DNA of 64,000 bases. It comes from an uncultured delta proteobacterium (GTDB taxonomy: Bacteria > Desulfobacterota > Desulfobacteria > Desulfobacterales > UBA2156). A program made the position numbers and the translations under genes. Below are positions 11,115 to 22,900 of the stretch, piece after piece; position 1 is the first letter of the stretch, and each line of letters starts with the position of its first letter. The notes below the pieces were generated by a model. The model had not been told where the DNA came from and ran no database searches. It saw nothing but the letters and a program-made list of their open reading frames with translations. The stretch is taken from contig CAVTQK010000021.1 in NCBI GenBank assembly GCA_963736855.1, forward strand, positions 672,001-736,000, in the 5' to 3' direction.

Positions 11115-12193
11115 TCGGACCTGCTTTCGACTCCCCGGTGCAAATCTTCCGCTTTTTCTTCTCGAGATTTCTGACCGATATCAGTTCCGCCATTATGCTT
11201 ACCGAGATCTCCTCCGGTGTTTGAGCGCCAATCTCCAGGCCGATGGGACAATGCACCCGGGCAAGTATATCATCGCTCACCCCTTCCTGCCTCAGGGACG
11301 TATAAATTGTGTCACGCTTACGGCGGCTTCCGATCATACCGATATATTTCGGATTTGTCCTTAGCGCCTCCCGAAGAACCGTCCGATCATGGATATGACC
11401 ATGGGTGACGATCACGATATAAGAATCCGGTGTGACGGTGATTTTATCGAATGCTTCCGAGAACGCATCCACCCGAATCTCATCGGCTGTCGGAAAGCGT
11501 TCAGCGTTGGCAAAGTCCTTCCGGTCATCGATCACCACCACCCGAAATCCCACCTGTGCTGCCAGGGAACATACGAATAAAGAAACGTGGCCGGCCCCGA
11601 AAAGAAACAGCACTTCCTGGGGTGACACAGGTTCAACGAAAAGGTTGCCGGCTTCGGTTTCAACGAGTCGTGAAGAATCCACCGAGAGGAATGCTTTCAC
11701 CCTGGATATATCCAGACCTTCGATTGCGCCGAAAATCGATTGATCTTCCTGAACCAAAATCCGGCATGCAGGGTCATGGGCCGGGATACCCTCATCGAGT
11801 CGTGTAATGATCACACCACGCCGTCCCTCCATTGCCATCCGGCCAAGCTCTGAAAAGATTTCCCGCGTTTTGATATTCTCTCCTGAAACAGGCTCCAGGT
11901 AAATATCCACCACACCCCCGCAAAGCATTTCCATCTCCGGCGCTATCTTTTCCGTAAAGGGCAAGTTTCATGATCACAGAACGCTGATTCCTCATGACCT
12001 CCCTTGCCCTTTCCATGACCAGGTGCTCCATCCGGCCTCCCCCGATGGTCCCCAGGATGGATCCATCCTCCAGGATGAGGCACCGTGTTCCCGTGCTTCG
12101 GGGTGTGGATCCCTTTTGTCTTATAATCCTGGCGATGACAAGGCGTTGACCGGATTCCAAAATCCGGCTGACTTCGGAAAAAATGCCCTTCAT
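11104..12193 (-). CDS. xdhC: XdhC/CoxI family Mo-cofactor maturation protein (frameshift about 11945)
   Basis: KGSTPR...GTIGGG in ORF 11792-12229. LCGG, LFGAGHV, YIGMIGSRRK and PIGLEIGAQTPEEI in ORF 11104-11964. Confidence 0.9.
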
Positions 12194-12209
12194 CGATTTA
12201 CCCTGTTTG

Positions 12210-12986
12210 TTAGATATCGTGGCATTCATGAATTTCAGGATCAGGCAAAAGTCTCCCGATAATGGCGCGGCGCAACAAGGAGCATTTCATTTCTCTTAGC
12301 AAAGCAACGACCTCCCGACCGTTCGAGACCACTTTCGACGTATCGGCTTTGTTGAGAAAAGCCACCGCGGCCGCTTCTTTCGGGCATCCTTTCAGGATCC
12401 CTTCCGGATGCGCCAAAACCTTTGCCAGTGATGCAGCCGAAATCGGTTTTTCCATGGAAAGGCCGGTGATTGATGCAAAGCGTTCAGGCCTGAATACGTT
12501 GGACTCATTGAGGGGTTTGCCGATGACATCTATGCCCAAAATTCCGATAACCCATCCGGAGCTTTCGGGGATCACCGGTTCATGGGGAGCCGGTGCTTTT
12601 ACGGGACGTTGGGCTGCACCGTCCGCCTCCACGACGATCCATTGAAACGCTCCGGAAGCAGCTATGGAATCGATGAACGAAGGCTGAAAACCGACCAGCT
12701 TCCCTTGTGAGGAAATTTCTCTTGCAGCGGCAAAGAGAATCCTCGGGTAAGCCTTTGTGCATCGGGCGCTATTCAAAATGTCTTTGATATCAGAAGAAAT
12801 AATGATCCGACGAGCATCATCGGCTCCGGGTATGCGGACCTTTGTGGTCGTGGTGGCCAATACCGAAGCGCCGGAAGCTTCGAGTTCTTTGGCAAGGCAA
12901 AACATCAGGGTTGTCTTTCCTCCGGCTCCGACCAGGCTGATCACACCACCGCCGGAAATAGCCATTGCATGGGTAAGGTCCCCCAT
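12210..12986 (-). CDS. yqeC: Selenium-dependent hydroxylase accessory protein YqeC
   Basis: SLVGAGGKTT, TTTTK, VEADGA, KAPAPHEPVIP. The start ATG overlaps the yqeB stop (TGATG). Confidence 0.9.
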   Translation of the reverse strand: MGDLTHAMAISGGGVISLVGAGGKTTLMFCLAKELEASGASVLATTTTKVRIPGADDARRIIISSDIKDILNSARCTKAYPRILFAAAREISSQGKLVGFQPSFIDSIAASGAFQWIVVEADGAAQRPVKAPAPHEPVIPESSGWVIGILGIDVIGKPLNESNVFRPERFASITGLSMEKPISAASLAKVLAHPEGILKGCPKEAAAVAFLNKADTSKVVSNGREVVALLREMKCSLLRRAIIGRLLPDPEIHECHDI

Positions 12987-13801
12987 CAGCTTTCTCTTCC
13001 CGTGTTGTAGGCCCGGCAAACAACCTCCAGAACTGATCCCGCAACGGCCCTGGCCTTGTCGGAGAGTGTAAAGCAATATTCTACGCAACCCCTTGGATCG
13101 ATATCGCCCAGTTTGAGTCCCTTTGTTACTACCGCACCCGGACGAAGCAGTCCCCGGATTACGCCGTCAATGGATGCTCGGATGATTTCCCCGCCGACCT
13201 CGGCCACCGCTTCCCCCTTTTGAACCCGGTCACCGATAGCGCGTTCTGTTCGAAAAGTCCCTTCGATAGGAGCCCTCAGCACTCTTTCTTTTGTAAACCC
13301 GCCGATGTTTCCCGGAACACCGGTATTCTCCGAAGCGCGCCCTTTTGTGAAAATCCTCCCCAGATCATGCCCCCTCTGGGTCTCGATGACGAAATGAACA
13401 TCGACCCCTGCAATAAACCCCGGGCCCAGCCCGATGGCCAATGGGGCATCCTGAATACCCGTCCCGAGGTTTTTTTTCGCCAAAATCGCATCAACAATCC
13501 CGTGGGGTCTTAAACAGGTCACACTTTCCCAAGAAGGATCAACAATAACGGGGATCCTGTCGGATGCCCACGTCCTGTAAATATCCGCTGCGTTGTCGGC
13601 CAATACTCCTTCAATCCCTTCTACCGTGTGGCGTTTTTCGTAGACCGCTTCACAAAAGCAAACCCCTCTGCGTACTGCCAGGGGTTTTTCGATCTCCATC
13701 ATGAAGAGTTTCCGGATACGAGCTGAAAAAAGCCTCCAGGCCACTGCGCTGGCCATCTCCCCGGCCCCCTTGATCCCGATGACCAGATCCTCAAGTCCCA
13801 A
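12986..13801 (-). CDS. yqeB: Selenium-dependent molybdenum hydroxylase system protein YqeB
   Basis: IKGAGEMAS, AVRRGV, DAILAKKNLG, GLGPGF, ETQRGHDLGR, KLGDIDPR, SDKARAV. Confidence 0.9.
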   Translation of the reverse strand: MGLEDLVIGIKGAGEMASAVAWRLFSARIRKLFMMEIEKPLAVRRGVCFCEAVYEKRHTVEGIEGVLADNAADIYRTWASDRIPVIVDPSWESVTCLRPHGIVDAILAKKNLGTGIQDAPLAIGLGPGFIAGVDVHFVIETQRGHDLGRIFTKGRASENTGVPGNIGGFTKERVLRAPIEGTFRTERAIGDRVQKGEAVAEVGGEIIRASIDGVIRGLLRPGAVVTKGLKLGDIDPRGCVEYCFTLSDKARAVAGSVLEVVCRAYNTGRES

Positions 13802-13805
13802 TATT

Positions 13806-15810
13806 TTATCCTTCCTTCTGCAATACGATGGCCGTCCGGGAAGGAAGATAGAGGCTCAATACTTCACCGACTTGGCTGTCCATGGTGACATGCACCTCAT
13901 CCGGTTTCAGGCGTCCGTGTCCGCCGAAACAGGCGGCATCGCTGTCGAGTATCATTTTATATCTTCCGACTGGAGCATAAAATTTATAAGCATAATAGGA
14001 AGTTAAATGATGAAAATTAAAGCAGAACAATAAATTTTTACGCATGAAAATGATGATCTTTTCATGGTCATGTTCCTTAAGAAGCCGGATGGATTTCGCT
14101 CCAAAAAGACGCATCCTTTTAGCCAGTTGAACCATATCTCGATCGAATTTCCCAAGCTGATGGTATTTCAGACCCGGGTCGTCGGCCAGGCGCCATTGCC
14201 GCCTGGCAAAGCGAAACGACCAGGCGTTTCCTTCCCGAGGAAAATCGATCCACTCGGGATGCCCGAACTCATTTCCCATAAAATTGAGGTAACCGTCTCC
14301 TGCGGTCGCTAGTGTGATGAGCCGGATCATTTTATGCAGTGCCACCCCCCGGTCCACGGACAGGTGGTTGTCATCCACACGCATGTGTTCATAGATAGCC
14401 GAGCCGATGAGGCGAAAAAGGAGGGTCTGGTCTCCCACCAGGGCTTGATCGTGGGATTCGGCGTAGCTGATGGTTTTTTCTTCGGGCCTCCGGTTGTTCA
14501 ATTCATGCCAGAGGCGCCCCATGGGCCATGCTTCATCCGGGAAGTCCTTGGTAAGCCGGATCCACAGATCCGGAACCCCCATGGCAAATCGGAAATCGAA
14601 CCCATAGCCCCCTTCTTCAATGGGTGCAGCCAGGCCCGGCATCCCCGAGACATCCTCCGCAATGGTAATTGCCTGGGGCCGAACCTCATGGATCACCTTG
14701 TTGGCCAGGGCCAGATAGGTCAAGGCATCTTCATCCACCGAATCATTGAAGTAGTCCGCATAGGAAGTGAAGTCTTTTCGCCATACCGTGGTGCAGATAG
14801 AGCATGCTGGTGACCCCGTCGAATCGGAATCCGTCCACCCGGAACTCATCGAGCCAATACCGGCAATTGGAAAGGAGGAAATGGAGAACCTGGGGTTTGC
14901 CGTAGTCGAAACAACGGGACCCCCATGCCGGATGGACCCCATGGGGGCCCTGGTGAAAATATTGATATTCCGTTCCATCGAAACGGCTCAGCCCTTCCAC
15001 TTCATTGGGTGCCGCATGGGAATGAACAAGATCCATAAGCACCGCCAACCCCTCTCCGTGGGCCATATCGATGAGGTATTTCAAGTCCTCCGGGGTTCCA
15101 AACCGAGAAGAAGGGGCGAAAAAACTCGAAACCTGGTAACCGAATGAGGCATAATAAGGGTGCTCGGGAATAGCCATGAGCTGGATGGCATTGTAACCTG
15201 CCCTGACGATCCGCGGGATCACTCTCTCGGTAAACTCCACATAGGTCCCGATCCGCTCCTCCTCCTGAGCCATCCCCACATGGGCCTCGTATATCAAGAA
15301 CGGCTCGGACGGGGCTGAAAAATTAGGATGCCGCCATGAATATGGCGAATCGGGCCTCCAGACCTGGGCATTGAAGATCAATGTCACGGGGTCCTGAATC
15401 ACGCGGCGAACATAGGCTGGAATACGATCCCCGCTTCCACCGGGCCAGTGCATGCGAAGACGATAGAGGCTTCCATGATTCAGGAGATCAGCCGGCATCC
15501 GGATTTCCCAGTGGCCGTCCGGATGTATGCGATTTAAGGCAAACTCTTGCTTTTCAGACCAGCCGGTTAAATCCCCGATAAGATAGACCGCCTCGGCATG
15601 GGGCGCCCACTCCCTAAAAATCCACTCTCCTTTTCTGAAATGCAGCCCAAAATATTCATGCCCGGCGGCAAAATCGATCAGAAGCGATTTTTTCTGGGTG
15701 AGCTCGATTTCTTTCTGAAGGACGGCTTCGCTGCGCTTTCTTAAGTGTTCCTCGAAGGGCTTTAAGTAAGGATCTTTTTTCAGCAGCAGGGCGCTTTGAG
15801 GCTCTTTCAT
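13806..15810 (-). CDS. glgB: 1,4-alpha-glucan branching enzyme, GH13 (frameshift about 14776)
   Basis: FREWAP, IYEAHVG, FGYQV and GFRFDGVTSM in one ORF, continued by IAEDVSG, YAESHDQ and LNFMGNEFGHPEW in the overlapping ORF. Confidence 0.92.
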
Positions 15811-17332
15811 TTACGCGTACGGGTTGATCAGGGGACGTTGGAGCATCTTTTCATAAAGTGCGATGTATTGACGTGCGCTTTCCGCATGGGTGAATGTCTC
15901 GGCACTCTCCTTCATGATCCTTTGCAATTGCTTTTTCTTTTGGCGTGTATCCATGACAAAGAAATTCATGGCCTGATCGATGGCCCAGAGCAATCCGTTG
16001 GCATCATAGGTTTCGAACAGAAAGCCGTTTCCGGTGCTCTGCTCCGGGTTCAGATGAACAAGTGTATCCCGAATCCCGCCGGTCTTGTGGGCTACGGGCA
16101 GAGAACCGTAGATGGGAGCGATCATCTGGGGAAGTCCGCAGGGTTCAAACAGGGACGGCATCAGGATGAAGTCCGAAGCCGCATAACCCAGATGTTCCAG
16201 GCGCTCGGAAAAATCACAGACCGAAACACGCCGCTCAAAGCCATGGAATGCTGTAATCCCTCTGAACACCTGCTGAAAGTCTCCGTTGGCCACAAAAAGG
16301 ATCTCCAGGTTCTTATCCCAGTATTTCGAGATCACATGGTAGAAAATGTCCGCCAGGAGTCGGCACCCTTTTTGAATGGGGTCCAGCCGGGAGGGCCAGA
16401 AAAACAGTGGGGCGTTTTCATCCTCGATGAGTCCCAGCATCTTCTGCAATGCCGTTTTGTTTTTCTTCTTTCCGGTGATGCAGTCTTTGGGAGTATAGGT
16501 TCTGACCAGGTAGGGATCGGCCTTGGAGTTGAAGGCCGGATCCGGCGCGTTTAAAATGCCTACTGCACAGCCGGCGTGATACTTGTGGGCCAACTCGGCA
16601 CGCAGAGCGTTGGATACAAACGCGTGTCTTCCCTCTACAATTTCCCTGAGAAAGGACGGGCTGACCACATTCACGAAATGGGCGGCAAATACACCGGTTG
16701 CGAGGAAGTCCACCCAGTTGTTTTCGCGCGCATTTTCATAGCTATGGGGCTGATGCTCGAAATACAGATGCTTCCAGAAATATGCCGCATCAATGCCGCG
16801 ATCCTCGATGTGCGCCAACGTGCTTTTGACCGTATGAACATTGTGGATGGTAAACAAGCAGGGAATCCCCATCTGTCGGGCCATGGGGGGGATTAGCCCG
16901 GTCATCCAGTCGTTGCAGTGAATCAGGTCGGGCTCCACTCGGGGAACAACGTTGTTGATGACCTCTCTTTGGAACGCCAGAGAGAGTTTAGTGTTTTCCT
17001 GGCCGTAATCGGAATAGACGTGGTCCAGGTAAAAAAAAGCCCGATCCTCTGCGAGATGAACACGGTCATCGGGCATGATCCTTCGAATCGCCCGTTGCTC
17101 CTCCTGTAAAAAAGGAGCCAGACGATCCTTGAACAGAGAACGATAATTCGGAAGTGCCACGTGGACATCGGCACCTTCTTGAGAAAAGCGCACTGATGAG
17201 GGCAGCCGACACATCGGCAAGCCCTCCCGCCTTGGCGGTCAAGCAGTTGGAAAGGTCTCCCATCCGATCGGGAAGATAAGTAACCTCCGGGGTGACGATG
17301 AGGACCCTGGGGTTTTTAGGAGTCATCTGCAA
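15811..17332 (-). CDS. glgA: Glycogen/starch synthase GT5 (frameshift about 17180)
   Basis: KAGGLADV in ORF 17066-17332. IHCNDW, FTIHN, SRL..QKG and PSLFEPCGL in ORF 15811-17220. Confidence 0.9.
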
Positions 17333-17351
17333 TTCCTATTCAGGCTATCGA

Positions 17352-19892
17352 CTACGCCCAACGGATGAGACCGGTCATGAATTTTTCGAGGTTATCCCCT
17401 TTTGGAAAAGCCCTTGCCGTAAAACCGAACCGCCCGGTTTCCTTACATTCCACGGAACATTGATAAAAATACACTCTGTTGTCTCGGTTTTCAACCACCT
17501 GCATGGGCTCTCCCATTCCACCGACCACCTGGTCGGTTGACTTGAGATTGCCATAATAAAGCTCCACGACCACCTCTTCCGGAGTCAGCTCTCCCAGGTT
17601 CACCTCGCATACCACCTGGAGTTTCTCACCGACTCTGAGAGGCATCCCGGATTTCTGTACCGGCGGTTTGATCTGGACTTGACCCCACAGGGCCTGGAGT
17701 CGGTTTCGCTGTTTGACCTTCTGGCGTGCTCTCTCGCATCCGTCCGCCGTCAAGCTCCGAGAGTTATCCATAGCCGGCAGGTAAAACTGTGACTCGTACT
17801 TGTTCACCATACGATGGGTGCAGAACTCTGAGACAGCCATCTTCATGGACTCCTTCATCATCCCGATCCATCGTTTGGGCGCTTCTCCGTTTTTTCGCTC
17901 ATAAAAACAGGGGATCACCTCATACTCCAGCAAATTGTAAAGGGCTCGGCTTTCCACCGAATCCTGATAAGTGAGATCCGCGTACTCCTCTCCGTGGCCG
18001 ATGACCCAGCCTCTTTCCGGCCTAAACCCCTCGTTCCACCAACCGTCCAATATACTGACGTTCAAAACCCCATTGGCTGCCGCTTTCATACCGGAGGTCC
18101 CACTGGCCTCCAAGGGACGACGGGGGTTATTGAGCCATACATCGGCACCCTGAGTGAGGTGTCTGGAGATATAAATGTCATAATCCTCAAGGAATACGAA
18201 GCGGTTCCGAACAGAGGGACGCTGTGCAAACTGAAACAGTTCCTTGATGAAATTTTTCCCCTCATCATCCTTGGGGTGAGCCTTTCCCGAAAAGATGAGC
18301 TGGACCGGATGTCGATCATTGTTTAACATTTTTTCCAGTCGATCCGGGTCTTTCAGAAGAAGGGTTGCCCTCTTATAGGCGGTGAAACGCCGGGCAAAGG
18401 CAATGGTTAGAATATCGGCGTCCAGAACCGACTCTGCTTGTTCCATGACGGCTCTGGGGGCGTTTCGGCGCGTGTGCTGGTAGATTAAGCGGTTTCTACA
18501 AAAGCGTACCAGACGGCTGCGGCTCAATTCCCGAGACCGCCAGAGTTCGTCGTCATATATGCCGTCGATACGGTGATACCGGTCGCTGTTCCAGGTTTTC
18601 AGGTACCATTCGGGACCCAGGTACCGATCAAAAAGCATGGCGTTTTCGATGGAAATCCATGAAGGAATGTGCACGCCGTTGGTGATGTGGGTAATGGGCA
18701 CTTCATCCACTATCCAGCCGGGCCAGACATGGGACCACATACGTCGCGCCGTACGTCCGTGGAGTTCGCTGACGCCGTTTTTATACATGGACATGCGAAG
18801 GCCCAAAACGAACATGGACATTTTACCCGAAGGTTCTGATTGGCCCCAGGAAATGATTTGTTCTGCCTTAACCCCCAGGGACTCTTCCATGGGGATCATG
18901 TAAGGCTTCACTTCTTCAACCGGGAATTCGTCATGGCCGGCGGCTACCGGCGTGTGGGTGGTAAATACCGCTGTCCTGGCACCGATTTCCATGGCGGTAG
19001 CAAGATCCACGCCTCGCTGCGTCATGATTTGGCGCAGATGCTCGATGCCGGCAAACGCGGCATGCCCTTCGTTCATATGGACCAGGGTGGGAATGATACC
19101 CATGGCTTCCAGCGCCCTAAGGCCTCCGAAACCCAACAGCACCTCCTGGGCCAGCCGGATAGTTGAATGACTTGCATACAACCTGGCGGTGATCTTCCGG
19201 ATTTCCGGTGAATTTTCCGGAACATCCGTATCCAACAAAATCAAAGAGATGCGGCCGATCTGAATATGCCATACGGCCGCAATAATCTTGCACTTCGCCC
19301 CGACCACAGAGATTCGGATTTCTTCCCCGTCTTTTCCCCGAACCCTTTCGATGGGCAGATGTGAAAGCTCAATGGCCGGATACTCTTCCTGTTGCCATCC
19401 TCCCTGGTCGAGAAACTGTCTGAAATACCCTTCCTGGTAAAGCAATCCCACACCGATGAGCGGAACCTTAAGGTCCGAAGCAGCCTTCAAGTGATCCCCG
19501 GCCAGTACCCCAAGACCCCCTGCAAAAAGCGGCATGCTTTCATGGATTCCGAATTCCATCGACAGATAGGCGATGGTTTCTCCCTTATGATAGGGTTCAC
19601 GATGGTTCTGCAGAATCGAATCGACCTCTTTGTTGAACTGATCTTTCACCCGATCCATATGGGCCATGAATGCATCGTCTTCGGCCAGTTCGTTCCAACG
19701 GGCCTGGGATATCAGGGAAAAAAAGGCGATCGGATTTCGATTCGACTTTCCCCAGAGTCCCTGGTCGATGCGACGGAAGAGTTCGATGGCATCCAGATGC
19801 CAGCACCACCACAGGTTTCGGGAAAGTGTCTCCAGAAAAGCCAGCGGTTCCGGCATGGCGGGAAAGACTTGAAACATTTGAAATCGGTTCAC
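17352..19892 (-). CDS. glgP: Alpha-glucan phosphorylase
   Basis: MEFG, GGLGVLAGD, HMNEGH, ITNGVH, ARRFTAYKR, EASGTSGMK (PLP lysine). Confidence 0.95.
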   Translation of the reverse strand: MNRFQMFQVFPAMPEPLAFLETLSRNLWWCWHLDAIELFRRIDQGLWGKSNRNPIAFFSLISQARWNELAEDDAFMAHMDRVKDQFNKEVDSILQNHREPYHKGETIAYLSMEFGIHESMPLFAGGLGVLAGDHLKAASDLKVPLIGVGLLYQEGYFRQFLDQGGWQQEEYPAIELSHLPIERVRGKDGEEIRISVVGAKCKIIAAVWHIQIGRISLILLDTDVPENSPEIRKITARLYASHSTIRLAQEVLLGFGGLRALEAMGIIPTLVHMNEGHAAFAGIEHLRQIMTQRGVDLATAMEIGARTAVFTTHTPVAAGHDEFPVEEVKPYMIPMEESLGVKAEQIISWGQSEPSGKMSMFVLGLRMSMYKNGVSELHGRTARRMWSHVWPGWIVDEVPITHITNGVHIPSWISIENAMLFDRYLGPEWYLKTWNSDRYHRIDGIYDDELWRSRELSRSRLVRFCRNRLIYQHTRRNAPRAVMEQAESVLDADILTIAFARRFTAYKRATLLLKDPDRLEKMLNNDRHPVQLIFSGKAHPKDDEGKNFIKELFQFAQRPSVRNRFVFLEDYDIYISRHLTQGADVWLNNPRRPLEASGTSGMKAAANGVLNVSILDGWWNEGFRPERGWVIGHGEEYADLTYQDSVESRALYNLLEYEVIPCFYERKNGEAPKRWIGMMKESMKMAVSEFCTHRMVNKYESQFYLPAMDNSRSLTADGCERARQKVKQRNRLQALWGQVQIKPPVQKSGMPLRVGEKLQVVCEVNLGELTPEEVVVELYYGNLKSTDQVVGGMGEPMQVVENRDNRVYFYQCSVECKETGRFGFTARAFPKGDNLEKFMTGLIRWA

Positions 19893-19989
19893 GGTGAGAT
19901 TTCCATCCTCCTGCTCAAAATTTTAAATTTATAATTTATCAGGTCTGCTTCGGATAAACAACCTTAAAAAAGGAGAAATCTAGCATGGA

Positions 19990-22900
19990 TTAAACCTCAT
20001 TGAGTTTTACCCAGACGCGAACCCATTCGCTGATCCCCCATGCCTGCGCATCGCATCCGCGCTGGGCATGGGGGAAATCGCCGTCAACAATCTCCGGCAT
20101 ATGCCCGACACATCCCCGGTTCAACAGGCGCATGACACTTGAAAGCCAGGCTGCGGCAGCGGCTTTTCCCGTCTCTTGATAGACCATGGCATACGCTTCG
20201 CAAAAGGATGGAAACTGCCAGGTCCATCCTGTGCCGTTGTGATAGGCTGGCTTTCGCCGGGTGTCTTCATCCCCCTCGTATCGCCCCTGATAGGGCCGAT
20301 GGGGATCGTTGAGCAGTCGGCCCTGATAAACAACGCTAAGGGGCCTTTCCAGTGTTCGATCCGCCAAGCTCCGGATAGCACCCGGCACCAGGAGCTCCCG
20401 ACAGGCGTTCAGGGTCCCGACAGCAGTTTTTAGGTCTTGAACCAAGCCCAGGGTAATCGAAAAAAGCTGGTTGGGTCGAAGTGCATCGTCCTGTTCGGCG
20501 TGGTTAGCCCCTTTCCCCGGTTTCCCGTGAAGGCAATCGGATAGATATCCCTTTTCCTGGAGCGCAAATAACCGGTGAACGGAGGTGCGTACTTGCCGAG
20601 CCAAGTCCTTAAAGCGCTTTTTCTCTTTTGAAGGAGCGATTTGAAAAAGAAAGGCCAGGGCGGCATACCATAGCGCCTGGATCTCAATGGGATACCCTTG
20701 TCTCGGGGTCCCGGCCGGGTAATTGGTATCCATCCAGGTAAAATGAGCCGGGCTGAAAATCAACCCGGTTTCATCATCCATCCGGATTCCGTTTGGCGTG
20801 CCCCGAATATAGGCCTTTGCAATGGAAAGTAAAATTTCTCTTACGGTTCTGTCCCCGCAGACCGTTTTCAGGAAACGAGAACTTTTTTCAGCCTGCATCA
20901 AATCCCTGCACGCCACGGCAAACCATAAGGGAGCATCCGACGTGTCCCGATTGGCCGGTCCTTGTTCACCGATCATGTTGGGCAGCGTCCCCTGGGACTC
21001 AAACCGGCCGAACTGATAGAGGATGGATCGTGCGGCATCGAGCATCCCAGCCGCAATGAGCCCACGGCTGAAAATCAGGGAATCACGTCCCCAGTCCAGA
21101 AACCACGGATATCCAGCAATCACCGTCTTTCCCTGGTCCCTCTCGACGATATAATGATCCATGATTCGGATCATTTGCCCCAACAGGCTTTTTTCTTTCA
21201 GATCCTGGCTGAGTTTCTCTTCTGTATTTTTGCGTAATATGTTCTCGCCACCCGAATCCGGCTTATTCTTTAAAGGTCCAGCCTCACCGATCAGCGTCAC
21301 CCCCTGCCCGCCTTTGAGCTTGGCGGTAAAGTAACCCGGACTGAACAGATCGGAATTCGGATCCTGCCCGCGCTGAGCCTCCTGGAATCGATGAACCATA
21401 TAGTGCCACTCCGGTTCGTGTACATAACGTCCGGAAAAAATTTTCATGGATAGAACATGGTGCCCGTCCGGCTGAAAAAGAAACCCTTCGGCTTGAGGCG
21501 TAACCGCCTGCGGCCAGTGGTGCTCAGGCCCCATAAAGGCCTTAATGACATCGTGGCAGGACCGGCTTTCGATGTCCGGCCTTAAAATGAGAGTCACCGG
21601 TTCGTCATCCGAAAGGCCGCCACCACCTTCCACGGATTGTTCCCTGATAATGACCATCCGGGTCTGGTTTTGACCGTCCAGCATGGAAAGTGCGATACGG
21701 ACCGTTACATGCTTCCCCAAACCGGTGGGGACTTTAAATCGCCAAACGCCCTTGAATGGGTCCTCCAATCGAAATGAATCCATGCAGGTGGCGCTGATTT
21801 CCTGCGAGTAGTCCTGGAACACGATCCACCCCCGACACCGAGACCATAGGATCCATCGGTCCGAAGGTCGCTTTGGATTAAGGTTTGCCGCCAGAAGCGC
21901 ATCGTATCGGCTGGTCAGCTTTCCCCATTCTACCGGAGCCCGCAGCATCCCACCGCAACCGTTCGTGGTCAAAAAATACGGGGGTGTGTTGAAGTCCAAA
22001 TCCTTCCGCCGGAGCGCTATTTTCAAGGATGCTGCCTCCGGTCGACTCAGGTATAGCAAAGGAGCTTCCATCCGTTTGGCACCTTCCGGCAAATAGACGG
22101 AAAGGTGTAGTATGTACGGCATATGATGCCGGGGTGCAGGCAAGGGTGTAAAAAGGGCGAACCGGCCTCCGCCCGGACCCGGAAGGCTGTCTTCTACCGC
22201 CACCACGCGCATCCCCCGTTTGATCAGTACTCGGAAATGGGCCGGTGCCCAGACCAGCAGAAAATGTCCCGGAGGAAGCATCACTTCCCGGTTAAGATCC
22301 TGGGGCCATCTCCAGGGAATGATCCGGGATTCGGTCTTTTGAGGGTTCAAGCTCCGACAAAACTCCTCGGGATCTTTACGAAACTCCGCAACGGCTGCAT
22401 CCACATTCATGTCACCCAGGTCCACATCCCCGTTAAAATGGTGCCACACATCAAGAACCTTTGCCCTCAGGCGTTGGAAAACGATGCGTTCCGGTTCCAG
22501 CAAGTTTTCTTTTCTCTCCGATTCAATGAGTGTGTGATCATCGAAATCATCGGAAAAACAAAGCACTTGACCCGGATCCAGGTCAAACTCGGCCCACTCC
22601 TCCCTGACCCGGATATGGACTTTTTTTCCGGTGAGCAAATCTAGAAGTGTGTCCCCTTTCATAGAGGCTTCGGCACGTTTCCACCGGGCGTAAGCGGATT
22701 TGTGATCGTCCAGGTTGGCCACAATCAAAAGCCTTTTATCTGTGGAGGGATGGAAGCGGCATATAACAAGGCAGTTTCCTTGACCTCCTTGAATCATCCT
22801 CAGTCGGACGTCGTCGAAAAACGCGGGGTGCTTTCTGAGAATGCATGAAAGCCTTGCGATTTCCGCCGTCTGATTGGGAGAACCGCCCCAGTTAAGGGAT

